From NCBI GenBank assembly GCA_964632025.1, contig CAZWAW010000001.1:6519-70518 (forward strand): a DNA stretch of 64,000 bases. The letters are read 5' to 3'. A program made the position numbers and the translations under genes. The stretch's first letter is position 1; the number at the start of each line of letters is the position of its first letter. A model generated the notes under the pieces. It worked only from the letters and a program-made list of their open reading frames with translations. It did no database searches and was not told the origin of the DNA. Below, in pieces: positions 9,016 to 19,042 of the stretch. This DNA is from an uncultured Sporosarcina sp. GTDB taxonomy: Bacteria > Bacillota > Bacilli > Bacillales_A > Planococcaceae.

Positions 9016-9885
9016 CTAAAACCCAAAATGATTCCGCAGTAAATAAGCCACCCATTTACAATGAGGGTGAATTCGAATGTTTTCGAGTAACCCTTTCACA
9101 AGAGCAGGACTTAAAGTCGGTTCAAGTAGCTGTTGCTTCAGTAGGATTAATGATTCCTTTTCAATAGACTCCTCAATTTCTTTTATACATTGTTCAATGA
9201 CTACAAGGATTTGCTCCGTCGTTACTTCCTCTTGCGTAGGTTGTTTAAACAGTTGAATCAGCTCAGTTGAAATAAAAGGGATGGAAATATGTTTGGCTAG
9301 TACATTCGTTTTTTCTACCAGCGATTGAGTGAGTAAATTTAAATCTAATGGCAAGTTGTGGAATAAAAATAATTCTGAATAGGTTTTCATAAAGCCTTTA
9401 ATACAGTAAATTAAATCGTACTTGGTCTGTTCAATCTCTTCGCCATATAATCGTTCAACCATCGTTAAGATCACTTTCTCCATCAATTGATCATAGGCGC
9501 GAATTTTTAAGATGAATTCCTCGTTAAAGGATTGCATTTGTTCTTTAATAAGAATTTTTCCGAAGTCAGAGTGCTTATGAAAAGAATCGAAAATGGTGTA
9601 ATAAAATTTGTATAACAAATCTTCATCATTTTTTGTGCTTTTGACCTCGTAGTCAATATTGGTTATAAACTGAATCATAAAATGATCAATCAATGCTAAA
9701 ATCAATTCGTCCTTTGACTTGAAGGATAGGTAGAAGGCGCCTTTAGAAATACCACAATGTGCAGTTATCTGTTGTACAGAGGTGGCTTCGAAGCCCTGTT
9801 CCGCAAAAAGTTCTAAGGCCTTATCCATGATTAGTTGTTTTTTTATCATTATGATTTTATCGCTCCTAAGGTTCTTCGTTGACAA
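9016..9885 (-). CDS. TetR/AcrR family transcriptional regulator
   Basis: It has the N-terminal TetR HTH (ALELFAEQGFEATSVQQITAHCGISKGAFYLSF) and is divergent from the RND pump gene. The start is uncertain: TTG 9885, or an internal Met at 9849 or 9828. Confidence 0.8.
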   Translation of the reverse strand: MSTKNLRSDKIIMIKKQLIMDKALELFAEQGFEATSVQQITAHCGISKGAFYLSFKSKDELILALIDHFMIQFITNIDYEVKSTKNDEDLLYKFYYTIFDSFHKHSDFGKILIKEQMQSFNEEFILKIRAYDQLMEKVILTMVERLYGEEIEQTKYDLIYCIKGFMKTYSELFLFHNLPLDLNLLTQSLVEKTNVLAKHISIPFISTELIQLFKQPTQEEVTTEQILVVIEQCIKEIEESIEKESLILLKQQLLEPTLSPALVKGLLENIRIHPHCKWVAYLLRNHFGF

Positions 9886-9904
9886 CTGACTTGTTAGTCA
9901 TTAG
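9876..9904 (+). promoter_or_regulatory. putative sigma-A promoter of the RND gene with embedded inverted repeat (TetR operator candidate)
   Basis: TTGACA (9876-9881), a 17-nt spacer, then TAGTAT (9899-9904). The spacer contains tgact-N4-agtca (9884-9897). Confidence 0.35.
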
Positions 9905-9949
9905 TATAAATATTTGAGTTGGTAAAGTCAATTAGGGGAAGGTGTAAGA

Positions 9950-12900
9950 ATGAAAGGTTTAGTAAATTTTGTCCTGAAGAATAAATTAGCAGTATGGTTG
10001 CTAACAATTATCATTGTTGTATCTGGTATATATTCAAGTACACAAATGAAAACGGAGACACTTCCAGATATTTCAATTCCTTACTTAATGGTAATGGGTG
10101 TCTATCCGGGAGCTACTCCAGAGCAAGTGATGAAAGATGTCTCCATTCCGTTAGAAAAAGCGGTAGACAATCTTGAACATGTGAAATCCGTTTTTTCAAA
10201 TTCCTATTCTAATATGTCAAGTATTCAAGTGGAATACGAATATGGCATAGACATGGATGAGGCGAAGCGTGCATTAACATCCGCACTAGATACAGTTGTT
10301 TTACCAGAAGGAGCACAGGCACCAACGATTACAGCAATTAGCATGAACATGATGCCGGTTGTAGCACTAAGTGTAAGTAGTCAGACAGAGGATATTGTTG
10401 AATTAACGTCAACGGTAGAGGAAATACTACTTCCTAAAATCGAGAAAATCGATGGCATTGCATCTGCAGCGATTACAGGTCAGCATATTGAAGAAGTACA
10501 ACTAACGTATGACGATAAAAAAATGGCTGAACTGGGCATTACGCCAGATACAGTCAAGAAAATGATCCAAGCAAGTGATTTAGCTGTTTCACTGGGGCTT
10601 TACGAGTTTGAAGAAGGTGAGCAAGCTGTTGCAATAGACGGCAAGTTCATGACAGCGGATGAATTAAAGGAAATGCTTATTCCAGTAACACCATCCGCAA
10701 CAAACTCGTCCCCATTTGTGAAGCTAAGCGACATCGCTTCAATTGAGTTCGTAGGTAGAGTACAGTCGGTTTCACGTACAAACGGTGAAAACGCCATTGC
10801 CATTCAAATTATTAAAGGGCAACAAGCAAACACGGTTGATGTTGTTAACGCTGTGAAGAAGTTAATAAAAGAAGAACAGAAAACAATTGACGGTCTAGTC
10901 ATCGATGTATCACTTGACCAAGGTGCGCCAATTGAAGCATCGGTTTCAACGATGATTGAAAAAGCGTTATTTGGTGGCATGATCGCCATTTTAATCATTC
11001 TTCTCTTCCTGCGTGATTTTAAATCAACAATTATTTCAATCATTTCTATTCCAGTTTCGATTTTCATGGCTTTACTGTTACTGAACTGGATGGGGATTAC
11101 GTTAAATATCATGACGCTTGGTGCGATTACGGTTGCCATCGGACGTGTAATCGATGACTCGATTGTCGTCGTTGAAAATATTTATCGTCGTCTGCATTTA
11201 AAAACAGAAAAATTATCAGGTCGGGCGCTTGTACGTGAAGCGACAATTGAAATGTTCAAACCAATCATGTCTTCAACATTAGTAACAGTTGCGGTATTTG
11301 CACCACTTATTTTCGTAGGTGGTATGGTCGGTGAGCTATTCATGCCATTTGCATTAACAATGACGTTTGCGCTTGTTGCTTCGTTACTTGTTGCCATTAC
11401 AATTGTGCCTGCATTATCTCACTTCTTATTTAAGAAGAAATTATATAGTGAGAAGACAGAAAGCCGCCATAAAGAGGTTGGTAAATTAGCTTTATGGTAC
11501 AAAGGTGTTCTGGGCTGGAGTTTAAACCATAAAGTCATTACTTCACTAATTGCTATTGTTATGTTGGCAGGCAGTGTAGCATTAACACCATTAATTGGTT
11601 TTAGCTTTATGGGTAGTGAAGAAGAAAAAGTAATGTACTTAACGTACACGCCGGAAACAGGCGAGCTAATGGAAGATACGTTAGCAAATATTGAAGTTGT
11701 AGAACAAGAGCTATTAAAACATGAGGATATTGATATTGTTCAATTATCTGTTACTGAGACCGGAGATGCAATGTCTGCAATGATGGGCGGAGGATCAGGT
11801 GGCGCTTTAATGTACCTCATCTTCGACCCGAAAATGAAGAACTTTGCGGAAGCTCGCACGAAAATTGAAGACTATATGTTCAACATAGGTCAAACAGGCG
11901 AATGGAAGAGCCAAAACTTCACTTCAATGTCAATGTCTACGGATGGAGTTAGCTACACATTCTACAGTGAAAATTTAGATAAACTAAATGAAGCTGTAAA
12001 AATGGTAGAAGGCGTTATGAATGAAAACAATCGCTTAGAAGATGTTTCTTCAAGTGCAAAAGATGCTTACGTCGAATACAAATTCAAAGTAGAGCAAGAT
12101 GAATTACTGCAGTATGGGTTAACAACGGGGCAAATCGTCATGATGCTAAACCCGATGCGAACAAATGATGTATTAACAACGATTGAAAAAGATAAAAATA
12201 CATTAGAAGTGATTGTACAGCAAGAAGAAGCAGTAAAACCAAAATCAATCGATGATCTTTTAGCAACAGAAGTACCGACAGCACTCGGTACGACAATGAA
12301 ACTTTCTGAGCTTGTAACAGTTGAGAAGGGGACAACGCTAAATGCACTTGCTCGAAGCAAAGGTGAATATTTCGCAACGGTTTCAGGCACAATCATTGAT
12401 GCTGATATTTCAAAAGCAACATCAGAAGTAGATAAAGCAATTGATAAATTAGATTTACCTAAAGGTGTTACAGTCGGTACTGCGGGAGTGGCTGCAGATA
12501 TGACGGAAACATTTACACAACTGATTGTGGCGATGCTTGCGGCAATCGCAATCGTCTACTTCATCCTGGTTGTAACGTTCCGTGAGGGTGTCGCACCATT
12601 TGCGATTCTCGTATCGTTACCATTTGCAGTCATTGGTTCATTTGTTGGTTTATTAATCGCGGGTGAAACAATATCTGTATCGGTCATGATGGGTCTATTA
12701 ATGTTAATCGGTATCGTTGTCACGAATGCGATTGTACTTGTAGACCGTATTATCCGTATGGAACGCGCAGGTTTGAAAATGCGTGAGGCGGTTCTTGAAG
12801 CGGGTGTAACGCGTTTACGTCCAATCCTCATGACTGCGATTGCTACGATCGGTGCGTTGATTCCGTTAGCAATTGGATCAGGCGGCGGTGGCGGTTTGAT

Positions 12901-13036
12901 CTCCAAAGGTCTTGGTATTACCGTAATCGGTGGATTAATCAGTTCAACGTTGTTGACATTGATTGTCGTTCCAATCGCTTATGAACTATTATCCAAGCTT
13001 TTCAAGAAAAACCGTAAAGAAATAGAAGAAGATTAA
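9950..13036 (+). CDS. RND-superfamily efflux transporter (AcrB/SwrC-like)
   Basis: 1,028 aa. It has a 12-TM, two-large-loop organisation, the conserved GRVIDDSIVVVENI motif and a duplicated half. It is paired with a divergent TetR gene. Confidence 0.9.
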   Translation: MKGLVNFVLKNKLAVWLLTIIIVVSGIYSSTQMKTETLPDISIPYLMVMGVYPGATPEQVMKDVSIPLEKAVDNLEHVKSVFSNSYSNMSSIQVEYEYGIDMDEAKRALTSALDTVVLPEGAQAPTITAISMNMMPVVALSVSSQTEDIVELTSTVEEILLPKIEKIDGIASAAITGQHIEEVQLTYDDKKMAELGITPDTVKKMIQASDLAVSLGLYEFEEGEQAVAIDGKFMTADELKEMLIPVTPSATNSSPFVKLSDIASIEFVGRVQSVSRTNGENAIAIQIIKGQQANTVDVVNAVKKLIKEEQKTIDGLVIDVSLDQGAPIEASVSTMIEKALFGGMIAILIILLFLRDFKSTIISIISIPVSIFMALLLLNWMGITLNIMTLGAITVAIGRVIDDSIVVVENIYRRLHLKTEKLSGRALVREATIEMFKPIMSSTLVTVAVFAPLIFVGGMVGELFMPFALTMTFALVASLLVAITIVPALSHFLFKKKLYSEKTESRHKEVGKLALWYKGVLGWSLNHKVITSLIAIVMLAGSVALTPLIGFSFMGSEEEKVMYLTYTPETGELMEDTLANIEVVEQELLKHEDIDIVQLSVTETGDAMSAMMGGGSGGALMYLIFDPKMKNFAEARTKIEDYMFNIGQTGEWKSQNFTSMSMSTDGVSYTFYSENLDKLNEAVKMVEGVMNENNRLEDVSSSAKDAYVEYKFKVEQDELLQYGLTTGQIVMMLNPMRTNDVLTTIEKDKNTLEVIVQQEEAVKPKSIDDLLATEVPTALGTTMKLSELVTVEKGTTLNALARSKGEYFATVSGTIIDADISKATSEVDKAIDKLDLPKGVTVGTAGVAADMTETFTQLIVAMLAAIAIVYFILVVTFREGVAPFAILVSLPFAVIGSFVGLLIAGETISVSVMMGLLMLIGIVVTNAIVLVDRIIRMERAGLKMREAVLEAGVTRLRPILMTAIATIGALIPLAIGSGGGGGLISKGLGITVIGGLISSTLLTLIVVPIAYELLSKLFKKNRKEIEED

Positions 13037-13050
13037 TTGATTTAGATTAC

Positions 13051-13088
13051 AAAACGACCTCATCTTTTAATGGATGAGGTCGTTTTTG
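13051..13088 (+). terminator. rho-independent terminator
   Basis: Stem aaaacgacctcatc/gatgaggtcgtttt, followed by a T run. Confidence 0.75.
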
Positions 13089-13423
13089 TTAATGGATGCT
13101 ATGCATACTATGCAAAATCAAAAAAAGGACAATGAAAGTAAGATGAGTTTATGAAGTACCCACTGAAAAGTCTATGCGTATTCAAAATGGCCCCGGAGTT
13201 TTCGTTTACAATCATTTATCATTCACTTCATGATATAGGTAGCGATGATCCCAAGAATGATGCCCGTTATTATTGTTACTCCAAATACTATTACTTGCTT
13301 CAATTCTCCATCCCTTCAATTAGTTATTACTTGAAGTCTATTGATGAGGTCTGAAACATATTCGGTGAAAAAATAGACAAGCAATAAATTTTTGAAGTGA
13401 AGCGGTTATTTGCGCATACGGTT

Positions 13424-14525
13424 TTACAATTTCCCTTGAAATTTACTTTTATAATGAGCTAGCGCAAGTAAAGGGAAAATATATTGATAGCTATGGTAGT
13501 GAATGTAAAAACCACCACCCATTGCTTGCCCAACCCGATATGAAAGAGTTACTGAATCAGTCGAAGGTACGCCCGCTTTTTGTAGTGTATAGCTAATTAA
13601 GGAGGTATTCCACACCGTTGCGGTTGTAAATTGCATATGGGTATGACCGTGAATCGTGCATTTCATCGCTTTCAATCCTTTGACAGCCTGTAAGATGAGT
13701 GGGTCGCTGGTGGAATGACCAAGGGAGAGCAGGGCAAATATCATTAGGAACGTAGAACTGAAATAACTGCAAAGGGTACCATCTGGCTCAATGCGATCTA
13801 GCATATATTGTTTTGTTCGATTGATAGCTAAAGAATGAATAGTTTGAGAAAAACCTAGCAAACTTTTAAGATCATGTTCAATCAACGAAAAAAATCTTGG
13901 AGTTCTTGGCTATCAAGAAACTCATCTGTTGCCCCTGAAAGGGTAAGATTAGATAGATGAGGGTTTCTAGTTGTCGTTTTGACATATTTCTTATTTGTCA
14001 AAATCATAATCAGAGCGAGATTAGCTCTTCCATATACAGAAATATCGAAGGAGTTTATTGGGAAATGAAGCGGTAAGAGGATAATTTCAACCGGTATTGG
14101 GAAAGAGTCGGGCCATGGATATTGACCAGTTATCGCCAACATGATTTTTGTAAGCATATGTGATTTCTCAATACCACCAATTGCCAAAATAAACTTTTTT
14201 GCCGCAAGCAATCTATAGTCATCTTTGCTAACGTAGCCTGAATACGGCAGGGAGTAATAGGCTTCAACCGTGACGGATAGATTGCCATCATCTTCAGCAT
14301 GAAAAAGTTTCCGCGCACCATTTACCCTTGCTTACTCAAAATTCTTTCAGTTAGCTTACTAATTAAGTTTTTATCATTTATTTCCAGAGATCTTAGTGAA
14401 ATTATCATATAGGCATCGGTTGAAATACCCGTTTCAAAAGGGTAACCCCATGAACCATTGGATATCTGATCATTTTTTAGTTGTTGAACTAATTGGCTAA
14501 TCAACTGTTTTGTACGAAATGTCAA
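13424..14525 (-). pseudogene. sqhC: squalene-hopene cyclase-family / sporulenol synthase gene, fragmented and shortened
   Basis: Four consecutive minus-strand ORF pieces are present. The N-terminus is QLKNDQISNGSWGYPFETG. The middle pieces are FMLT.IMLAITGQYPWP and KQYMLDRIEPDGTLCSY...TATVWNTSLISYTLQKAG. The C-terminus is GGGFYIHYHSYQYIFPLLALAHY. These are colinear with B. subtilis SqhC as I remember it, but total only about 1.1 kb against about 1.9 kb. Confidence 0.7.
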
Positions 14526-14634
14526 TGTATCACCATCCCCTTAGTAATGGTTATTCATATCTATATAGGCCTATTCATAATCCTATAGGAAGAATGATTT
14601 CTAGTATGAAGAAAGTCTATTTCAAAGTCGAAAT

Positions 14635-15340
14635 TTGTGTTATTTACTACCTTACTTGAATGTCGCTACATTTATGGAGGTGATCTGGAATCGCTTTTGG
14701 GAGGATAGAGATTCCTACATCCTTACGATTGCGCTCATTATTAATGAACAAAGCTATTTGGAAAGCAGAATCGTGCGAAATTTCTTCTATAAAAGAAAGG
14801 TTTTTCAGACATTCGAGTTCGTACACCAGAATCTTCTTTCATGCAATCAAATCTTGTTTCCCTTCACTGATAATGGAAATAGGACAGAACAGGCATCTCT
14901 CACGGGGCTAACGCTCCATCAACGCCTTATGCTTGGAAAGGATTTATATCGGTTACTCTTTCATTAGGCAGACCTAGTGGAAAAGGTTTATCGCTGGGCA
15001 ACTACTCATCCACTATATTTGCTTCTTTACTGGGAACCTATTTAGATTTGTATTTTGTAGGAAGAAATTATTATGAGTTCCCGGTTCGCCCTTTCTCAGA
15101 TGTATTTTCGATTACTATTACATTTACAATAATCAGCCTTCCTTTATTAATAGGACTATATATCTTTATTTAGTAGATAAAATGTCAAAATGGAGTAGGG
15201 TCGTTTTCACTTTGATTCTTAGTGCTCTAGTGCCCTTCTTCATTGAGAAAGAAGTCGGCGCAATTAGTTTTTTTTCGACTTTGATAAGCAATTATAGAAG
15301 TTGGATGTTGGACTACCATTGTATTATGACTAAGTATTGA
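14635..15340 (+). pseudogene. decayed region: hypothetical-protein fragment followed by CBO0543-family membrane protein fragments
   Basis: The 110-aa ORF has no RBS. Downstream frames give ...SLLGTYLDLYFVGRNYYEFPVRPFSDVFSITITFTIISLPLL and MSKWSRVVFTLILSALVPFFIEKE... These resemble CBO0543-family proteins (from memory) but lie in different frames. Confidence 0.3.
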
Positions 15341-15365
15341 CAAGGGATATAGATTAAGATAATAT
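15337..15365 (+). promoter_or_regulatory. sigma-A-type promoter of the peptide ABC operon
   Basis: TTGACA (15337-15342), exactly 17 nt, then TAATAT (15360-15365). It lies about 120 nt upstream of the start codon. Confidence 0.5.
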
Positions 15366-15487
15366 TCATTATGTCGTATAAAACAAACCTGTACAGTATG
15401 AATTAACTTTTATACTATTCAGATGATATGCTGGTGGAAAAAGCAATACTGCAACGATGAAATTGCATAATTTAGGGGGACTAACAC

Positions 15488-17068
15488 ATGAAGTCGAAAA
15501 AAGTCAGTCTGTTATTGACATTATTTATAGTGGTTTTCGCACTAGTTGGATGTAGCGGTAAATCAAATGGAGATTCTGAGTCAGAAGGATCGGAAAAAGC
15601 GGGAAATAAAGAATATAAGTCAGAAGTAAATATCGCAGTGACTGCACAGCCACCAACATTAGACCCATCAATGACTGTGTCCCAAGTTGCATTGAATATT
15701 GCAGGCAATGTATTTGAAACATTGTACACGTTGAATGCTAATTATGAGCCGGTTCCAATGCTCGCTGAATCAGTAGACATTAGTGAAGACGGTAAGACGT
15801 ACACGTTCAAATTGAGAGAAGGCGTAAAATTCCATAACGGGGAAGAGATGACTTCGGAAGATGTTGTTGCTTCTATGAATCGTTGGGTTGTCACATCTTC
15901 ACGTGCTAAAGCACTGTTAACGAACGCGAAATTTGAAGTTCAAGATCCTTCTACAGTCGTGTTAACGCTTGAAAATGCAACATCTGATGTCTTGATTATC
16001 CTAGCTACTAAAGCGCAATTCCCGGCTATTATGCCAGCAGAATTGGTTGCGGCAGCAAGTGCTGAAGGTGTGGACAAATATATCGGTACAGGTCCATTCA
16101 AATTTGAAGAATGGAAACAAGATCAATACATTCATCTTGTTAAAAATGAAGACTATAAAGCGGTAGAAGCTGAGGCAAGTGGTCTTTCAGGTAAGAAGGA
16201 AGCATTTGTTGAGGATGTGTACTATCATTTCGTCACGGATCACTCGACGCGAATTGCAGGGATTCAAACAGGGCAATATGATATTGCTGAAAGTATTCCA
16301 CTGGAAAGCTATGAGCAATTAAGTAGCTCTGATGATGTAAAAGTCCATTCTTATGATGGTGGAGCGTTGACTGCGTTTTATAATACCAATGAAGGTTTAT
16401 TGGCAGATGTGAAAATTCGTGAAGCTATTACAACGGGATTGAAAATGGATGAAATTCTATTGGCAAGCTTTGCAAATGAAGATCTCTTCACATTAAACCC
16501 TGGGTATATGAACCCCAACCAAGCACAATGGGCTACCAACGCAGGTGAAGATATTTACAATCTGGGCGATGTAGAAAAAGCCAAACAACTGTTAAAAGAT
16601 GCAGGTTATAATGGTGAGGAAGTAACTTTGCTGACGACAAAAGACTATGCTGAAATGTATACAGCGACGCTTGTTATTCAAGAACAACTTCGTCAAATGG
16701 GTGTCAATGTCAAGGTTGAAAACTTCGATTTCCCAACATTCCTTGAACGGAAAAATGATCATTCTAAATGGGATATCTTTGTTGCGAGTACAGGCTATCA
16801 GTTGACTCCTCCACAGTTATTAGCTGTTACACCCGACTGGGCAGGAACGAAGGATGCAAAAATAACGGAAATATTGACAGCTATTCGATCGGCCAAATCT
16901 CCTGAAGTAGCGCAAGCGAAGTGGGATGAACTTCAAGGCTATTTATATGAATACCTACCTTCTACTGTCATTGGACATTATAAGAGTCTAATTGCTTCAA
17001 CGAATCAACTAGAAGGTTTCACCGTATTTGAAGCACCAATTATTTGGAATATGAAAGTGAATAAGTAA
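15488..17068 (+). CDS. ABC transporter substrate-binding lipoprotein, family 5 (oligopeptide/dipeptide/nickel type)
   Basis: 526 aa with a lipobox (LVGCSG). It has the typical SBP_bac_5 sequence (LDPS...NVFETLY...FKLREGVKFHNGE) and is the first gene of a five-gene operon. Confidence 0.9.
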   Translation: MKSKKVSLLLTLFIVVFALVGCSGKSNGDSESEGSEKAGNKEYKSEVNIAVTAQPPTLDPSMTVSQVALNIAGNVFETLYTLNANYEPVPMLAESVDISEDGKTYTFKLREGVKFHNGEEMTSEDVVASMNRWVVTSSRAKALLTNAKFEVQDPSTVVLTLENATSDVLIILATKAQFPAIMPAELVAAASAEGVDKYIGTGPFKFEEWKQDQYIHLVKNEDYKAVEAEASGLSGKKEAFVEDVYYHFVTDHSTRIAGIQTGQYDIAESIPLESYEQLSSSDDVKVHSYDGGALTAFYNTNEGLLADVKIREAITTGLKMDEILLASFANEDLFTLNPGYMNPNQAQWATNAGEDIYNLGDVEKAKQLLKDAGYNGEEVTLLTTKDYAEMYTATLVIQEQLRQMGVNVKVENFDFPTFLERKNDHSKWDIFVASTGYQLTPPQLLAVTPDWAGTKDAKITEILTAIRSAKSPEVAQAKWDELQGYLYEYLPSTVIGHYKSLIASTNQLEGFTVFEAPIIWNMKVNK

Positions 17069-17075
17069 GAAAATT

Positions 17076-17115
17076 CCTCCATTGCTATTTCAGCAATGGA
17101 GGATTCCGTATTTTA
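17076..17115 (+). terminator. intra-operon hairpin (partial terminator/processing stabiliser) after the binding-protein gene
   Basis: 12-bp perfect stem tcctccattgct/agcaatggagga with a 5-nt loop, followed by ttccgtatttt. Confidence 0.4.
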
Positions 17116-17141
17116 TCAAAAGATTAATAAGGAGGTTCGCC

Positions 17142-18092
17142 TTGATTATTTATATTATAAAGCGTATTTTGTCGTTGATTCCTGTACTTTTTGTTGTTTC
17201 AATTGCCATTTTTTTAATCATCCATTTAACGCCGGGCGACCCGGCATCTGTTATTTTAGGGATTGAAGCGACTTCGGAGCAAATTGCAGAGTTAAACGAG
17301 CAAATGGGACTGAATTTACCCTTGTACCAACAGTATATAAATTGGGTTTTGGGTGTGCTTCAGGGAGACTTTGGTGAGTCTTATTTTATGAAAGAGACTG
17401 TCATACAGGCGATTTGGGGACATTTGGGTCCGACAGCTTCTCTTGCTATATTGGCTGAGATTGTGGCATTAGTCATTGCTATACCTATTGGCATTTTCGC
17501 TGCCTATCGACGAGGAACTGTGGTAGACCAATCTTTAATGGGTGTTTCGTTAATCGGCATGGCTGTACCCAGCTTTTTACTGGGTTTATTGCTGATGTTA
17601 TTTGTAGGCGTTTACTTACAATGGCTTCCTGTTGCAGGATATAAGCCTTTAAGTAAAGGGCTATGGGAGCATTTTCAGTATCTTATCTTACCGGCGATTT
17701 CCTTAGGAGCGATTCAAGCTGCACTTGTTGCTCGTATGACGCGTGCATCTATGCTAGAAGTGCTGGATGCGAATTTTATCAAAACGGCTCGTTCTAAAGG
17801 TGTTCACGAGTATAAAGTTGTGTTCAAACATGCGTTGCGCAATGCATTTCTTCCAATCTTAACAGTTATCGGCCAATCGTTTGGGACACTGGTGACGGGA
17901 GCGGTTGTTGTCGAGACAATTTTTAATATTCCTGGCTTGGGCCAGCTCATTATTAATTCAATTGTAAGAAGAGACTTTGCAGTTATCCAAGGTGTCGTAT
18001 TATTTGTTTCGCTGATCTATGTGACAATCAATCTCGTGATTGATTTACTGTATGGTTTTGTGGACCCGCGGGTAAGGCTGGAGAGGAAATAG
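17142..18092 (+). CDS. ABC peptide transporter permease (DppB/OppB-like)
   Basis: I place the start at TTG 17142, 6 nt after TAAGGAGG. It has the typical N-terminus (L)IIYIIKRILSLIPVLFVVS and an EAA-like loop. The track start at 17082 lies inside the hairpin. Confidence 0.85.
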   Translation: MIIYIIKRILSLIPVLFVVSIAIFLIIHLTPGDPASVILGIEATSEQIAELNEQMGLNLPLYQQYINWVLGVLQGDFGESYFMKETVIQAIWGHLGPTASLAILAEIVALVIAIPIGIFAAYRRGTVVDQSLMGVSLIGMAVPSFLLGLLLMLFVGVYLQWLPVAGYKPLSKGLWEHFQYLILPAISLGAIQAALVARMTRASMLEVLDANFIKTARSKGVHEYKVVFKHALRNAFLPILTVIGQSFGTLVTGAVVVETIFNIPGLGQLIINSIVRRDFAVIQGVVLFVSLIYVTINLVIDLLYGFVDPRVRLERK

Positions 18093-18106
18093 CTAGGAGG
18101 GTGAGT

Positions 18107-19009
18107 ATGTCTGTCACAAGTAAAGATGTTGATTTTCAGCAAATCGCATCTGATTTAAAAAAACAGCAACGTCAATTAGTTATGAGACGCTTGTTAACGA
18201 ATAAGCTGATGGTTTTTGGGGGCATTATTTTCCTTGTTTTTGCTTTCATGGCACTTATCGGCCCAACTCTAATGTCTTATGATCCCTATGAAATGAAAGT
18301 AATGGAGCGATTACAAGCGCCTAGTGTAGCACATTTTTTAGGAACGGATGAATTTGGACGAGATCTTCTTACTCGAATCGTCTACGGTGCCAAGGTGTCG
18401 ATGGGTGTTGGACTTGCTGTGACAGTAATCTCATCCATTATCGGCTTAATCATTGGGTTATACGCTAGTTATTATCGGCTGTTAGATCACATTTTAATGC
18501 GGATTTGTGATGGTTTAATGTCGATTCCAGGCATTCTTCTGGCGATTGCCTTGATGGCTGCACTCGGCCCATCTTCAACGAATGTTATTATTGCATTATC
18601 AATTGTCTTTACGCCGAATATCGCACGTATTGTTAGATCCTCAGCGTTGATTATCCGAGAGCAAACGTATATTGAGGCTATGCATGCGCAAGGGGCGAGT
18701 ACAACGCGTATTATTTGGAGACATATTGCGCCCAATACGATTTCTCCACTCGTCGTACAGGCTACATTTGTTTTTGCAGAGGCCATTATTTCCGAGGCAG
18801 CATTGAGCTTCTTAGGAGCAGGGATTCCAGCGCCTGAACCGAGTTGGGGGAATATTCTTTTCGCAGGTAAATTAGTAATTTTTAAAGCGTGGTGGATGGT
18901 TGTGTTCCCAGCGGCGATTATTGTGTTATCCGTGTTGGGATTAAACCTTTTAGGGGATGGTTTACGTGATTTTATCGATCCTCATACGTCTAAAAAGAAT
19001 AAGAAATAG
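18107..19009 (+). CDS. ABC peptide transporter permease (DppC/OppC-like)
   Basis: ATG 18107 follows AGGAGGG. It has the conserved FLGTDEFGRDLLTRIVYGA motif. Confidence 0.85.
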   Translation: MSVTSKDVDFQQIASDLKKQQRQLVMRRLLTNKLMVFGGIIFLVFAFMALIGPTLMSYDPYEMKVMERLQAPSVAHFLGTDEFGRDLLTRIVYGAKVSMGVGLAVTVISSIIGLIIGLYASYYRLLDHILMRICDGLMSIPGILLAIALMAALGPSSTNVIIALSIVFTPNIARIVRSSALIIREQTYIEAMHAQGASTTRIIWRHIAPNTISPLVVQATFVFAEAIISEAALSFLGAGIPAPEPSWGNILFAGKLVIFKAWWMVVFPAAIIVLSVLGLNLLGDGLRDFIDPHTSKKNKK

Positions 19010-19042
19010 GGAATGAACTATTCGATACAAGGAGGTAAATCC

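Noticed and set aside
10600-12906. Six minus-strand ORFs of 67-116 aa inside the RND transporter gene
   Set aside because: They are shadow ORFs within a 1,028-aa gene with clear family motifs. None has start-site support.
13151-13354. 67-aa plus-strand ORF after the RND terminator
   Set aside because: It has no RBS and an odd Tyr/Ser-rich composition. The opposite strand holds the (still weak) 26-codon hydrophobic peptide candidate.
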